Of a DNA stretch of 64,000 nucleotides, positions 49,732 through 61,282 are shown piece by piece (position 1 is the first letter of the stretch; every line of letters begins with the position of its first letter). Location of the stretch: contig NC_135881.1 of NCBI RefSeq assembly GCF_964194155.1, positions 160,642,001 through 160,706,000 of the forward strand. Reading direction: 5' to 3'. Both the position numbers and the translations under genes were made by a program. The stretch comes from Cetorhinus maximus. Taxonomy: Eukaryota. The notes beneath the pieces are model-generated. The model did no database searches. It was not told the origin of the DNA and was given only the letters and a program-made list of their open reading frames with translations.

Positions 49732-51404
49732 CTGTAAAGAAAATAAATAGTTGTTTTAATTTTACATTGTAGCTATTTAAAAATTTAGAAAGATTTCAGA
49801 GTCAACGGCTATGCACATTATCAGCAAAGTTTGTTTTAGTCAATAACATTAACTGATTAGGAAAATAATCAGAACAAGAGCCTTAAAGGAATCTTGCAAA
49901 GATTTGTATTGCATCACATGTTCAAATATTAGAAAGTGACTGTTGTTATATTAAAATGTAACTAGAGAACATTAAAACTTGAATGTACTAAACATAATAG
50001 AGTTTATTTTGAAATATGCCATTCCTGGTGCAGAATTACACATGATGGGGTTGCAGAGCTCGACAGCCATTGCTCCTAATTTTCTGGTCATTAAAGTTAA
50101 TTTTTGGAAAATCTGCAGCTCCAAGAGTCAAGCCATGCCCAGTTCTAATCTACATTCTTGTTGAGCAGGAATATGGACCAGAGTAGAACTGCATAGGATT
50201 TACCCTCAAATATACTACAGTGACAATAGTCTTAACTTGTACTATAAACCTTTAAATAAAATGCATTATTCTACAATGAAACACAAATGTGATGATATTA
50301 CTAGGTGGATCTAAGCTACTCAATCTTGTACAAAAAACTTTCTTTTCAAAGTGCTTGACTTAATGGCAAAGTTGTAAAAGGAAGGTGTGAACTGTGGTGA
50401 TCAGACAAACAAAGATCAGTAATCAGAGAAGGAAATGATTGGCTTAAAGGACTGGAAGTAAAGTGTACTACAGGGCAGAACATAAACTTGAAGTTTGATT
50501 GGTATTCCTAAATTTGAACATTTGTTGATGCTGTAGATCATTAAATGTTACGTATTGACAATTATTAAAATATACATTTAATACAAAGTCAAAAATTGTT
50601 TTAGATGAAGCAGAGTTGTGAAGGGAGGAGCGAATTAATTGGATCAAAGCATGCAGAGTAATTCAGTCCCCATTTAAAAATTTGTACTGTGTCCTCACTT
50701 TGACATAATAAATAATAAAGCTTACAACAATTTGGGAAGCTAAAAATATCTGCTTGGGGTTTCTCTGCAATAGAGACTGATGTACTGAGAAATGCAAATT
50801 TGGAACACTACACTGTCACCACTGCTAGAAAGGTGTAATTACAATGGGGCAAGTTGACATAAGCAGTTTCTATTATAACTATAGGCATAAGAATTTATAA
50901 TGAAAAATGGGTAAGCAGGAAGTAGATCTATGTAAGACTTCAATATAACTGCTTTGCTTTTGTGATTTATTTGTCCTGAAGCTCTAAATACATTTGCTGA
51001 GTTATTACTTTCAGCCATGTTTGTTTTTTGTGTAAGTGATTATATACATACATAAGGGTAAATTTTACAAATAGGTGCTAGGGAAGGTGGATCTCATGCA
51101 TTATCAATACAGTTCAGGAAATTGTTCATTCATAAAATCAGCCCTTTACTTTTACATACATATTGCCTGGGAATTGACACAATCCCTCATCACTTTAAAC
51201 CCAAAATAATGAATATTAGCATCAGTTAATGATTAACTGTTATTTTCGTTATGACCCAAGGCTTTAGTTTTCTGCCCAAAAAGAGGTTTAGAGACTGAAT
51301 GTTTTGGCCCTGGATGGTTTCAAAACTCTTTGGCTTTCGGCCGAGCTATTTGTACCTATGATTAAGGTGACTTGTGGAAAAGCAGGTGATCGGTGTCTGT
51401 CTAC

Positions 51405-51563
51405 CTTGCTGTGTGTTGTCCATCTTCACAGAATTGCCAGCAGACACGGTCTTCCTGACTGCTGCATTCACATCGTGGCCTCGATTCCACCAGCATCGCC
51501 AGGTTTTTCTTCGTAGACCGTCTGACCCGAGGGGAGCTGCCCAGTCCGTACGGGACAATCCGC
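51405..51563 (-). CDS. EDN1: Preproendothelin-1, exon 3 (big-ET tail and endothelin-like peptide)
   Basis: Acceptor ttctgtccttcag| and donor AG|gtagac, phase 2 at both ends. Encodes RIVPYGLGSSPRVRR...RPR-CECSSQEDRVCWQFC-EDGQHTA, matching the VPYGLG motif and the second CxCx7Cx3C unit of endothelin precursors. Confidence 0.95.
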
Positions 51564-52108
51564 CTGAAGGACAGAAACAGAATCAAAGCACGGTTACCTG
51601 GAGCGTATGAACTTTTGTAATGCCTAGTTCCTTCACACTCACACTTTATATCACCTTATAAATAAATAAACAAACATTATTATTAGGCGAGGCAAGCAGT
51701 AACAAAATCGAAATCATGCAACACGTTTCCTGCTCAACAGATTAATCTTTACCCCTAATTTAGACCGTGCTTTACTGCAGTAAAATCACCAGCAGCCTCT
51801 TTTCGAAGGAACTACTGCCGAGTTTAGAGAGATTGGCGGTTAGAATGGTACTGCTGATAACCTATTGAGGTGAGAGTCTCCCGTGGAGAAGCTGTCATTT
51901 AAAATTCATACCATAATAACTATCCTCGCCAGGGGCCTGTCCACCTGTATTGTATGCTACAACAGCATTAAGAAATTCACAGTAAAAGATTTAAAAAAAT
52001 ATCTCGGACTGTTCTCGCACTGTCAACCCATTAACACTGCACTAACATGTGCTGGCAATTTATACCGTTACTTTCCCGGTCAAACCTCAGGCATTGAGAA
52101 TCACTTAC

Positions 52109-52283
52109 TCGGGCGTGTTGATCCAGATGATGTCCAAGTGGCAGAAGTAGATGCATTCCTTGTCCAGAAAAGAGGAACAGGAACAGCGCTTGGAGCGGCT
52201 GAGCCGGCGGGGAAGGGAGCTGGAAGCTTGACCGGCAGAGAAGACGGGAGACACGGTCACTGCTACACCCGAGAGCGGGGAGC
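52109..52283 (-). CDS. EDN1: Preproendothelin-1, exon 2 (furin site and mature endothelin)
   Basis: Polypyrimidine acceptor tctctctctgtttcgcag| and donor GA|gtaagt. Encodes ...[34 protein letters not shown]. The mature 21-mer at 52123-52185 has Cys1/3/11/15 and the HLDIIW tail diagnostic of endothelins. Confidence 0.97.
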
Positions 52284-53577
52284 CTGCGAAACAGAGAGAG
52301 AGGCTATTAGTGCCACACAGTATCAGAGGGTGGATGGCCAAAAACTCGCCATATATCATTGCTCATAACTTAATCAATACAGTCTAATGTACTGAATGAA
52401 TATCATAAACTGATCAATATTCTCTTTTAGTGTGGTGCTGTAATTGGAGTGAAAAAGCTTTTCTGGTGGAGTTCAGTGAAGCCTCCTGGTGACCCCGGGC
52501 TCAGTACATACAGCCCGGCGGGACAGTGCGGTCCCGGGCTCTGTATACAGCCCGACTCCGCCGATCAGCATGACCAGTAAATCTCAGAATAATGGCTAAA
52601 TCAAGTCTGGAATATGAGGCGGGAACAACAAAGTCATCCAGATCTGATCTCAGGTATAATACAAGAAAGCGAAACTTCAATAAAGCAGCGCTGTAGCTGC
52701 GGCATGTAGAAATGGTGTTCGGTGTTCTCCGTTAGTAATTTGTAAAGAACACTTCTGATCGGACTGCAGATTCTTAAAAAGCTCCAGAAGAGCCTTTGCT
52801 GCTTTACCTCCCAGTAAGTTGCTGGTCTAGTTACTGAGTAACATGCAGCTCGGATTAATCCTGCGCTCTCCTCCAAACGGGGCCCTGGGACCTGTGGCTG
52901 GAAGCAAGTGCACCTGCTGAGTTGTCAGGCATCCAGCTACTTATTTACACACCAAGTACACCGCAGGCAGCTTTGGGCTTCCTTTTCATGCATATTTGCA
53001 ATTTTAACCCGGTGTTAAGTCAACTAGTACCAGATTTCAGTCACAAAGGTAAGTTACTTTCAGATTCATGAAATTTGCCGTCACGTAACCCAGATTTGGA
53101 CATTTTCCTAAAAAGTCTCTTCAGGTACGAGCAGCAGTTAGTCCTGCACTGATTCGAGACCGCAGGCACCTTGGTTAGCGCACTGTTCTAGCCTGTGTAA
53201 AACATTTATTTTATAGATTCGTTTTTTATGAAACTACTTAAACTTTTAAACAGCTTGAATTAAGAGGTCGAATAGAGAGAAACAAAACCTTGAGGTTAGA
53301 TATTTGGCACCTGAGCACTGAATTTATTATATAAACGTTAATCTTTATATATATTAGATACATAAAAGTTAGACAGATATACATGGTGGAGCATGAGTAG
53401 TGTTAGTCCCAAAGTTGCTTAATACAAATTTCGGATAATTCAAGTAAAATCCTCTTCGTGTTTTCTCTTTGCTTAATTCGTTATTTGGGTAGTATTTTAA
53501 GCGCTGATAACGACTTTGAATTAACTGTAGATTAGAAAGTGATCGATTTTAAAGCTCCCATGAGGATTTAGACCTAC

Positions 53578-53638
53578 CTGTTGAAAAGTGCAGCCCCCAC
53601 AACAGAAAGAGCAAAGAAAAGAACACGTTAAACTCCAT
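53578..53638 (-). CDS. EDN1: Preproendothelin-1, coding exon 1 (signal peptide)
   Basis: ATG at 53638 reads MEFNVFFSLLFLLWGLHFST plus 1 nt, a hydrophobic signal peptide. It ends at donor G|GTAGGT (phase 1), which matches the phase-1 acceptor of exon 2. A TATA box lies about 210 nt upstream. Confidence 0.9.
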
Positions 53639-53848
53639 TTTCAAAATTAAAATCGGGTCGTTCTTGTCAAATAGGTTTCCTTGTTCTCCTCCTCCTGTAT
53701 CGGCAACTTTCTGGAGTTCAGAAGTAAATATGCCGAGGGTAAACTGCGGGATGAAGCTGGTTGTCAGTTTCAGGTCCAGTTTAAAGGAGCTGTGTGCTTT
53801 ACGCCAGCCCTGCTTTACTGTGCAGTTACCACAAGGCAGCAACTCTCC

Positions 53849-53943
53849 TTTTATATAGTACGTGTCTCTCTGTAAACAGCTCAATCTGCTTTTATCCCAA
53901 GACAATGTTATTAGTCACCCAGAGGAGCTGCAGACTTAGATAA
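53849..53943 (-). promoter_or_regulatory. EDN1: EDN1 proximal promoter (GATA, AP-1, forkhead, TATA)
   Basis: Minus strand reads TTATCT (53938-53943), GGTGACTAATAAC (AP-1-like TGACTAA, 53911-53917), GCTGTTTAC (forkhead, 53872-53878) and TATATAAAA (53849-53857). The order and wording match the mammalian EDN1 promoter as recalled. Confidence 0.85.
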
Positions 53944-54149
53944 GCCACACGCTGCCTACAAAATAACCTCCTCCACAGACGGGGCGAGGCCAGCATACAA
54001 TTTAAAAAAAAAACTCTCTCCTTTTCTCAGACTTTGCCAAAACCTCTGCCAGCAGGAACACACTCTCCACGGAGTGAGGCGGCGCGCACACACACTTCGG
54101 CAAAGGTCCAAGAGCCAATCAGAAACTTTCGGCCGCAAATTTCTGCCAA

Positions 54150-54395
54150 GTGATTTCAACAACCTGTACATCCAGAGGGTGGTGGGAGTCTGGAACACAC
54201 TCTGCCTGAGGGGGTGGGAGAGGCAGGAACTTTCACAACATTCAAGAAGTATTTAGATGAGCACCTGAAACACCACAGCAATCAGGGCTACGGGCCAAGT
54301 GCTGGAATATAGGATTAGAATAGATAGGTGCTTGATTGCTGGCACGGACACGATGGGCTGAAGGGCCGTTTTCTGTGCTGTATAACTCTACACCT
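54150..54395 (+). mobile_element. CR1 3' tail just upstream of the EDN1 promoter
   Basis: QRVVGVWN motif and the CR1 3' UTR (gatgggctgaagggcc...ctgtgctgtataactcta). Confidence 0.8.
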
Positions 54396-56319
54396 CGACG
54401 GGTTCCAGTTTAATCATGTTAAATACACTAAAAGGCAATTTCGTGATGAACCCAGTGCGTATCTGAGAAACTTAAACGTTGTTTAAACTTGGATTTGTGA
54501 TGAAACGCCAAGTTTGAAAAGCTTTCAAGTTTAAAAAGAAATAAGGACAGTCCAGAGAGTGACTGTAGGAAGACCTGTTTATAAAGTCAGCGGAGCAACA
54601 TCACTTGGGGAATTAGTTACTATGAGATGACCGGTGAATTCCACCATATTATGCCAGTCCTTTCCTGAATGGTTAACCACCACTACCACTAATGGCATTC
54701 ATGATTCTCACAGATTCTCCGGTGTATTTCGTTTCAACAGTGACGTTTGTCCTAAAATCACAGCAAGTAATCGCGCAGGCAGCCTGCACAGTAAGTACTA
54801 TGTTGGGAAGAATTAGCCAAGGCTGCAAGGAGGTATCTCCGGGCCACTGACAAAGAATCAATACCACAATGGCACCAACAATAACTTGCATTTATAACAT
54901 GGTGAAATGTACCAAACGCGTTCAGTCAAAACTTGACATTAAATGTGAATTGAACAAAGAATGCGGCGTTTGGACAAGTGACCAAAAGTTTGGTCAAAGA
55001 GGTAGATTTTAAACAAGGTCTTAATGGTGGCGAGAGAGGGAGTGAGGTTTAGGAAGACTACTAAACCATTCAAATAATCTCATCAGGTCTAATCAAACTA
55101 ATAGAAACTTAAACTAAACCAGTTTTCCCTTAGAATTTGATTCATATGGTTGTTGAAAGTTGCAAATGAATCATCTGCGCTCAATTTGTGTAAAGATTAA
55201 CGCCACTGTGGAGAATGGGCACGTGTATGCTTGTATCTATTTTGTCAACAGAATTTACACAGAATCAATTGACGCGCTGTCAGCCACAAGGGGGAGAAAC
55301 GGAAATATGGGGAAAAGTGGATCATGTGTAATGATGGACTGTGGCAAACACACCAATGAAGCCCATTACGTTCGTAAAATAAATATTGTTAGGTTGTCTA
55401 TTGTTGGTTTGCATTCTTTCAGCTGTGTCTCCAGTTAATGAATTCCTCGCCGCCTTCTCCATTATAAATGCCAACCATACCTCGATGCAAGAGACGTGGA
55501 AGACTGTATTCGCAAGTGTCACTGTTAGATTGGATTTACACCAAATAAATTAGGTGAAAAAGGTTACCATGGGGTTAACTGTTCTTTGATTTAAAAATGA
55601 TAAAGATCAGCTTTTGCATTGCCCTGAAAACATACATTACATGTGGATACAGAACCTTTCCGTTTGCGTTAGATGTACCTATTTATAAAACAAGAAAATA
55701 AAATCACAAAGAAAAATATAAACAAAATAAGTATTAAGCTGGAATCAGGATTTAAACTGAAATTACATTAGTTTAATGCAATTCAATTTAATGCAAGTCA
55801 TTTGACACGGAAATACGCCGTAACACACTCTCCAGTCTCTCTTTATTCACCCACTTTACATTTTTCCCAAGTCGGAGTTTCTTGATGGCAATGTACTTAG
55901 GGTAAAACGGTCAATCGCGCAGGCAACCCAGCTCTTTTTGTTTACTAAACAATGCTCAGCCATTGGAGGCAATGCAATCCACGAAACATAAAACAGTGAG
56001 AGATCGCCCTTAGAACACTAGAGGGCACAACATAGCAAGGCAACGTGTTCATCCGAAGGCAGCACGATCTTTGCAAAATAATACACAGCATTTACAGCAC
56101 AGAATCAGGCCATTCAGCCCACTTGGTCTATGCCGATGTTTGTGCTCCACGAGAGCCTCCGCCCACCCTACTTCATCTAACACATCAGCATAAACTCTTA
56201 AGATCATTCCAGGTGTACTGGTACAAGTCGTCAACTGGAAACCAAGTCCAGTTCAGTTGGCAAATCCCATAGGCACCTGTTGGACAGGGTTCCAGTCGAC
56301 TGGTGAACCTGTTGAACTA

Positions 56320-56910
56320 ATTTTGGCATTTATTGCTAAAGGAGTAGAGTATAAAAATAGGGAAGTGTTGTTGCAACTGTAAAAGGCATTGGTGAGACAG
56401 CACCTGGAGTACTGTGCACAGTTTTGGTCCCCTTACTTGAGGAAGGATGTAATTGCATTGGAGGTGGTTCATTAGATTGATTCCAGAGATGCGGGGCTTG
56501 TCTTATGAGGAGAGATTGAGCAGTTTAGGCCTATACTTGCTAGAGTTTAGAAGGATGAGAGGAGAACTAATTGAGGTATATAAGACAAAGTAGACACGCA
56601 GTGGATGTTTCCCCTTGTGGGGCATTCTACAACAAGAGGCCATAGTTTTAGGCTAAGGGGTGGTAGATTTAAATCAGAGATGAGGAGGAATTATTTTTCT
56701 CAAAGGGTCGTGAATCTATAGAACTCAGAGTGCAGTGGATGCCAGGACGCTGAATAAATTTGTGGAGATAGACAGACTTTTAATTAGTAACGGGTTGACA
56801 GATTATCGAGAGAGGGTGGGAAATTGGAGTTGAGGCCGAACATTGAGTGGCGGGGCAGGCTTGAGGGGCTGAATTGCCTACTCCTGCTCCTAGTTCTTAA
56901 CGTTCTTATT
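56320..56910 (+). mobile_element. CR1 3' fragment
   Basis: [20 protein letters not shown] motif and CR1 3' UTR. Confidence 0.8.
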
Positions 56911-58119
56911 TCACTCCCAATTTTCACTCCAGTTCGGCTGGATGTTGCCCGCTCAACTTGTTCCAGTTGAAAGCAGTTTTACAGACTCTATGGGAGTCTG
57001 GGTCAAATAGCTCCAGCTGGGAGATGCTCAAATGAGAAGTTTCAGCTGGATGACAATCAACTGATAGTTTTTGATTTGTGATTCCATTTGCGCGAGAGGA
57101 AATTTAATTCACCCAATCCATTATGTTCCTTCAGTTACAATATCATTCGTTGGCATCAGTATGCTAGTGAAAAAAATTACAGTCCCATTCTGGAACAAAA
57201 CAGTGTGTGCTTATGTGAAAGAAAGCTGATTTGGATTCATGAAGTGTCATTTTGAAGCAGAATTTGAGGTTATATAATTCTACATTTGTCCAGACAAAAC
57301 ACTGAGAATAAATGTTTGAGTACAGCTATCTAAATTTTATTATGAGAAACAGAAATGTAGAAAAACACCTATTTAAAATGGACACCACCAGATGTTTACA
57401 CTTATCATTGGGCATTTGATTTTTGATTTAAATCTTGGGTCTTCTCTGTCATGTAATTGTTGAGCCTTGCAACCTCTTTCAAGACAGCCTTTCAATTCAG
57501 CTCCTTCATGCGGAGGTGATGGGTGAAACATGCTGCAAACATAGGTGGAGAGAAAAGAGAAACATCAGGAAAGACTTATTGAAACCTTTAAAGTCACAAT
57601 AGAAAAGGAACTTCTATGACAGGTAGAATGAGAGTGATTAAAAAAAAACTAGATCAAAAACATGGAACATCTAAAAATGTGAATGCAATTTAAAATAAAA
57701 AGTGCTTGTAAGTTGTTACCTTTGATAGCTCGCAGCTTCCCCAGTGAAAGTGAGGGTTTTGCCCTGGGGGAGTACCACCAGCCTTTAAGGACCGTGAGCA
57801 CACTCTCCTACAGATGGAACTGTTCTCAAGCACAAGGACCCCCAGATTGCAACAGCCAAGCACTGGTTGCTAATGGAGTGCCATTGGTACTCAGGGATCT
57901 GGATTTCCCCCTTACAATTGCACCTGTAATGAAAATCAGTGGCACATCAGTATCCGGTGTGTAAGATTTGAAAATAATACAAACTCTAAATTACTGTAAA
58001 TAATTCAGACTCTATATGAATACAGATGATACCATGGGTCAGACAATGCAATGTAGGCAGGTTTAACATTCCAGTCACCATCCTTAAAGACTTTTGTGTA
58101 AACCAACAATTACTTTCAT

Positions 58120-59543
58120 ATACTATATTCTAGAAATAATTATTCAGGATAGAATTAGTAGTCACATGGAAAAATGGACTGATAAGGAAGAGGATTTCTA
58201 AGGGGGAAATTGTGTTTAACTAACTTGCTGGAGTTTTTTGAAAAGATATCAGAAAAGGTCAATAAGGGTAATGCTGTTGATTTGGTGTACATGGACTTTC
58301 AAAAGGCATTCGATACAGTGCCACACAACAGACTAGTGAGAAAAGTTATTGCTCATGGAATAAAAGAGACAGTAGCAATGTGGATACAGAATTGGCTGAA
58401 AAAGAGGAAACAGAGAGTAATGGTCAATGGATATATTTCAGGCTGGAGGAAGGTTTATAGTGGAGCTCCCCAGGGGTCAGTATTAGGATCCTTACTTTTC
58501 CTGATATATATTAATGATCTAGATCTTGGTGTGCAGGGACAATTTCAAAGTTTGTGAATGATATGAAGCTTGGGAGTGTTCTAAACTGCGAGGAGGACAG
58601 TGTAGAACTTCAAAAGGACATAGACAAGTGGGTGGGGTGGGCAGATAGGTTGCAAATAAAGTTCAATGCGGAGAAGTGTGAGCTGATGCATTTTGGTAGG
58701 AAGAACATGGACAGACAATATAAATTGAGGGGTAAAATTTGAAGGGGGTGCAGGAGTAGAGACCCTGGGTGTATGTGTGCATAGATCATTGAAGGTGGCA
58801 GGACAGGTGGAGAGAGCAGTTAATAAAGCATATAGTATTCTGGGCTTTATTAATAGGGGCTTAGAGTACAAGAGTAGGGAGGTTGAGAAACTTATCAGCC
58901 ATGATTGAATGGCGGAGCAGACTCGATGGGCCGAATGGCCAAATTTCTGCTCCTAGGTCTTATGGTCTTATGGTTAGCTGAATTTATATAAGACACTCAT
59001 TAGACCTCAGCTGGAGTATTGTGCACCGTTCTGGGTGCCACATTATAGGAAGTGCAGAAGAGGTTTACAAGAATGGTTCCAGGGATGAGAAACTTCAGTT
59101 ACGAAGATAGATTGCAGATGTTGGGACTGTTCTCCTTGGAGAGAAGATGGCCAAGAGGAGATTTGATAGAGATGTTCAAAATCATGAGGGGGCTGGGCAG
59201 AGTAGATAGGGAGAAGCTGTTCCCGCTCGTAAAAGGATCAAAAACAAGAGGGCACAGATTTAAAGTGATTTGCAAAAGAAGCAAATGTGATGTGAGAAAA
59301 GACTTTTTCACACAATGAATGGTTTGGGTCTGGAGTGCACTGCCTGGAAGTGTGGTGGAGGGAGGTTCAATCGAGGCATTCAAGAGGGCATTAGATGATT
59401 GTTTGAATAGAAACGATGTGCGGGGGTATGGGGAAAAGGCAGGGCAATGGCACTAGGTCAGAATGCTCGTTTGGAGAGCCAATGCTGACATGATGGGCCA
59501 AATGGCCTCCTTCTGTACAGTTAAAGTTCTGTGATTCTGTGAT
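58120..59543 (+). mobile_element. CR1 LINE (RT and 3' end) with a small nested CR1 tail at about 58885-58975
   Basis: CLTNLLEFF, MDFQKAFDTVPH and GAPQGSVLG motifs. Tail TTCTGTGATTCTGTGAT. Confidence 0.92.
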
Positions 59544-59637
59544 TAGGAAAATTGTGAGAATCATACCTTTCCCTCAATTGGAGTGTACAGTTACTCTGCT
59601 TGCATGCTTGTTTCTCCAAGTGTGACAATCATTGAAG

Positions 59638-59768
59638 TTCTGTTGAAGAGTTATACAGACTCAAAACGTTGACTGTGTTCCTCTCCGCAGATGCTGTTGG
59701 ACCTGCTGAGTTTTTCCAGGTATTTTTATTTTTGTTTTGGATTTCCAGCATCTGCAGTTTTTTGCTTT
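59638..59768 (+). mobile_element. Short copy of the hammerhead-bearing retro-repeat
   Basis: 11-bp TSD AATCATTGAAG at 59627-59637 and 59769-59779. It begins at a degenerate motif. Confidence 0.75.
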
Positions 59769-59959
59769 AATCATTGAAGGGAGTTCACTCTATGTGGGCC
59801 TGAGCAGTGTTGTCACATCAAAAGGCATGGTGCTGGGCTGCTTTGGTGCACTGAGGGGTGCAGTCCTCTTGCTGCAACAGGAAGCAAAAGAAATAATATA
59901 GCAGTCTTATGACACTTGCGCAACCCCAATAGATTTGTCATCTTTTTCTAACTGGATGG

Positions 59960-60201
59960 TGTTGTATATTGTATTTTCAGTTGGCCTCATGAAGATTGTT
60001 TATTGATAATCCATAACTATGTACATATATGCAAGTATAGCCCAAGCTAAGAGCTAACTCCATGCTTGCTTCCACACAGGTCTCTGTCCAGTCCACAACT
60101 GACTTTAGTCTGATGTCATGTGTCTCTTTACATCACACTGGTGGGCAGTACTGTTTCCCAGTCCCACATTAACCCTTGCTGCCAAATACCCTTATATTAC
60201 A
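59960..60201. mobile_element. Solo LTR
   Basis: TGTTGTATA...TATATTACA termini and an exact 5-bp TSD GATGG at 59955-59959 and 60202-60206. Confidence 0.8.
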
Positions 60202-61154
60202 GATGGGTGCTGCACTAGTCAGCACTGAAAGATATAGCATGTAATGTAAAAATTGAAGTTACATAAAAAAATGAAGTTACAAAAACAAGCCATGGCTGAA
60301 TGCTGTAAGAATTTTTTCTTGGAGATAGTGACTATACGCAGAAAACTCATCCACCTTCTCCTGGAGGGCTGCCTTATCGGCTTTCAACCTCCCGATCTTT
60401 TCGAGCAGTTCTTGCTGGCTCTGGGCAGTTTCCATTGTCACCTGTCTTGGGGAATGGGAGGGCTCTGCCAACACCTCCAGTTGCTTCTGGGGTTGGGAAA
60501 TATCAGCTGCAGTTGGGGGCAACTTTAGTGGCTCCTTCACCTTTCCCATCAGTTACTTGTCCATGATTGAATTCAGCTGCTAGACTCAGGTGGCCTGGGT
60601 TTGGACAGATGATTTCTTCTATCTGGGAAGAAAAATTAAATATTAAGAAGTTTTTCACAACAATTTACATTGACTGGATTTACACGTTCCACTTATTGCA
60701 ATTGGGCATTTAATTGTCCACGTAGGTCTGTGAGAATAAAACTTTAACTGCCGTGGCTGAAATCAGTGAGTAGCTAGATGCTGGAGAACAAATACCCTGT
60801 CCATGTTAGCATATTCCATTGCCCCCTTCACCCTCACCAGAATTGTGGGGGGGACATCATCACAGCTGCTGTCCATTTCAACTATGGTGTCCACAACTTT
60901 TGCGACCCAGACTTTCAAGCTGTAAGCCTGATCTCTTCATAGGACTCTGTAGGTAGAAAGCAAGAACAACTTAATGTGCCTCCAAAAACACATTACTAAG
61001 ATTTACTAATGACCCCTCATGTGTGTTCAGGAGAATTTTCATGATCAGTATGTTTCAAGCCCTACAAGAAAGGAGGCATTGCTGGATCTGCTTCAGGGGA
61101 ATGAGCTGAGTTGAATAAATCAAGTGTCAGTTGGGGAACTTTGAGGGAAAACTG

Positions 61155-61251
61155 TGTTGTAAAATGTCTTTAAGTGATAGCAGTATGACATCACAAGAAG
61201 GGAAATGTGTCCTGTGATCCAGCCTTAGTTTCACTTTTGCTTTGAGCAGAG

Positions 61252-61282
<31 letters not shown>

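Noticed and set aside
51883-52368. 161-aa plus-strand ORF overlapping EDN1 exon 2
   Set aside because: It is the antisense shadow of a GC-rich exon, starts at GTG and has no recognisable domain.
48952-53638. Assignment as EDN2 or EDN3
   Set aside because: The mature peptide lacks ET-3 TCFTYK/YY and ET-2 W6, while the exon-4 KCVYQ segment and the promoter module point to EDN1. Synteny is not visible in this window, so some doubt remains.
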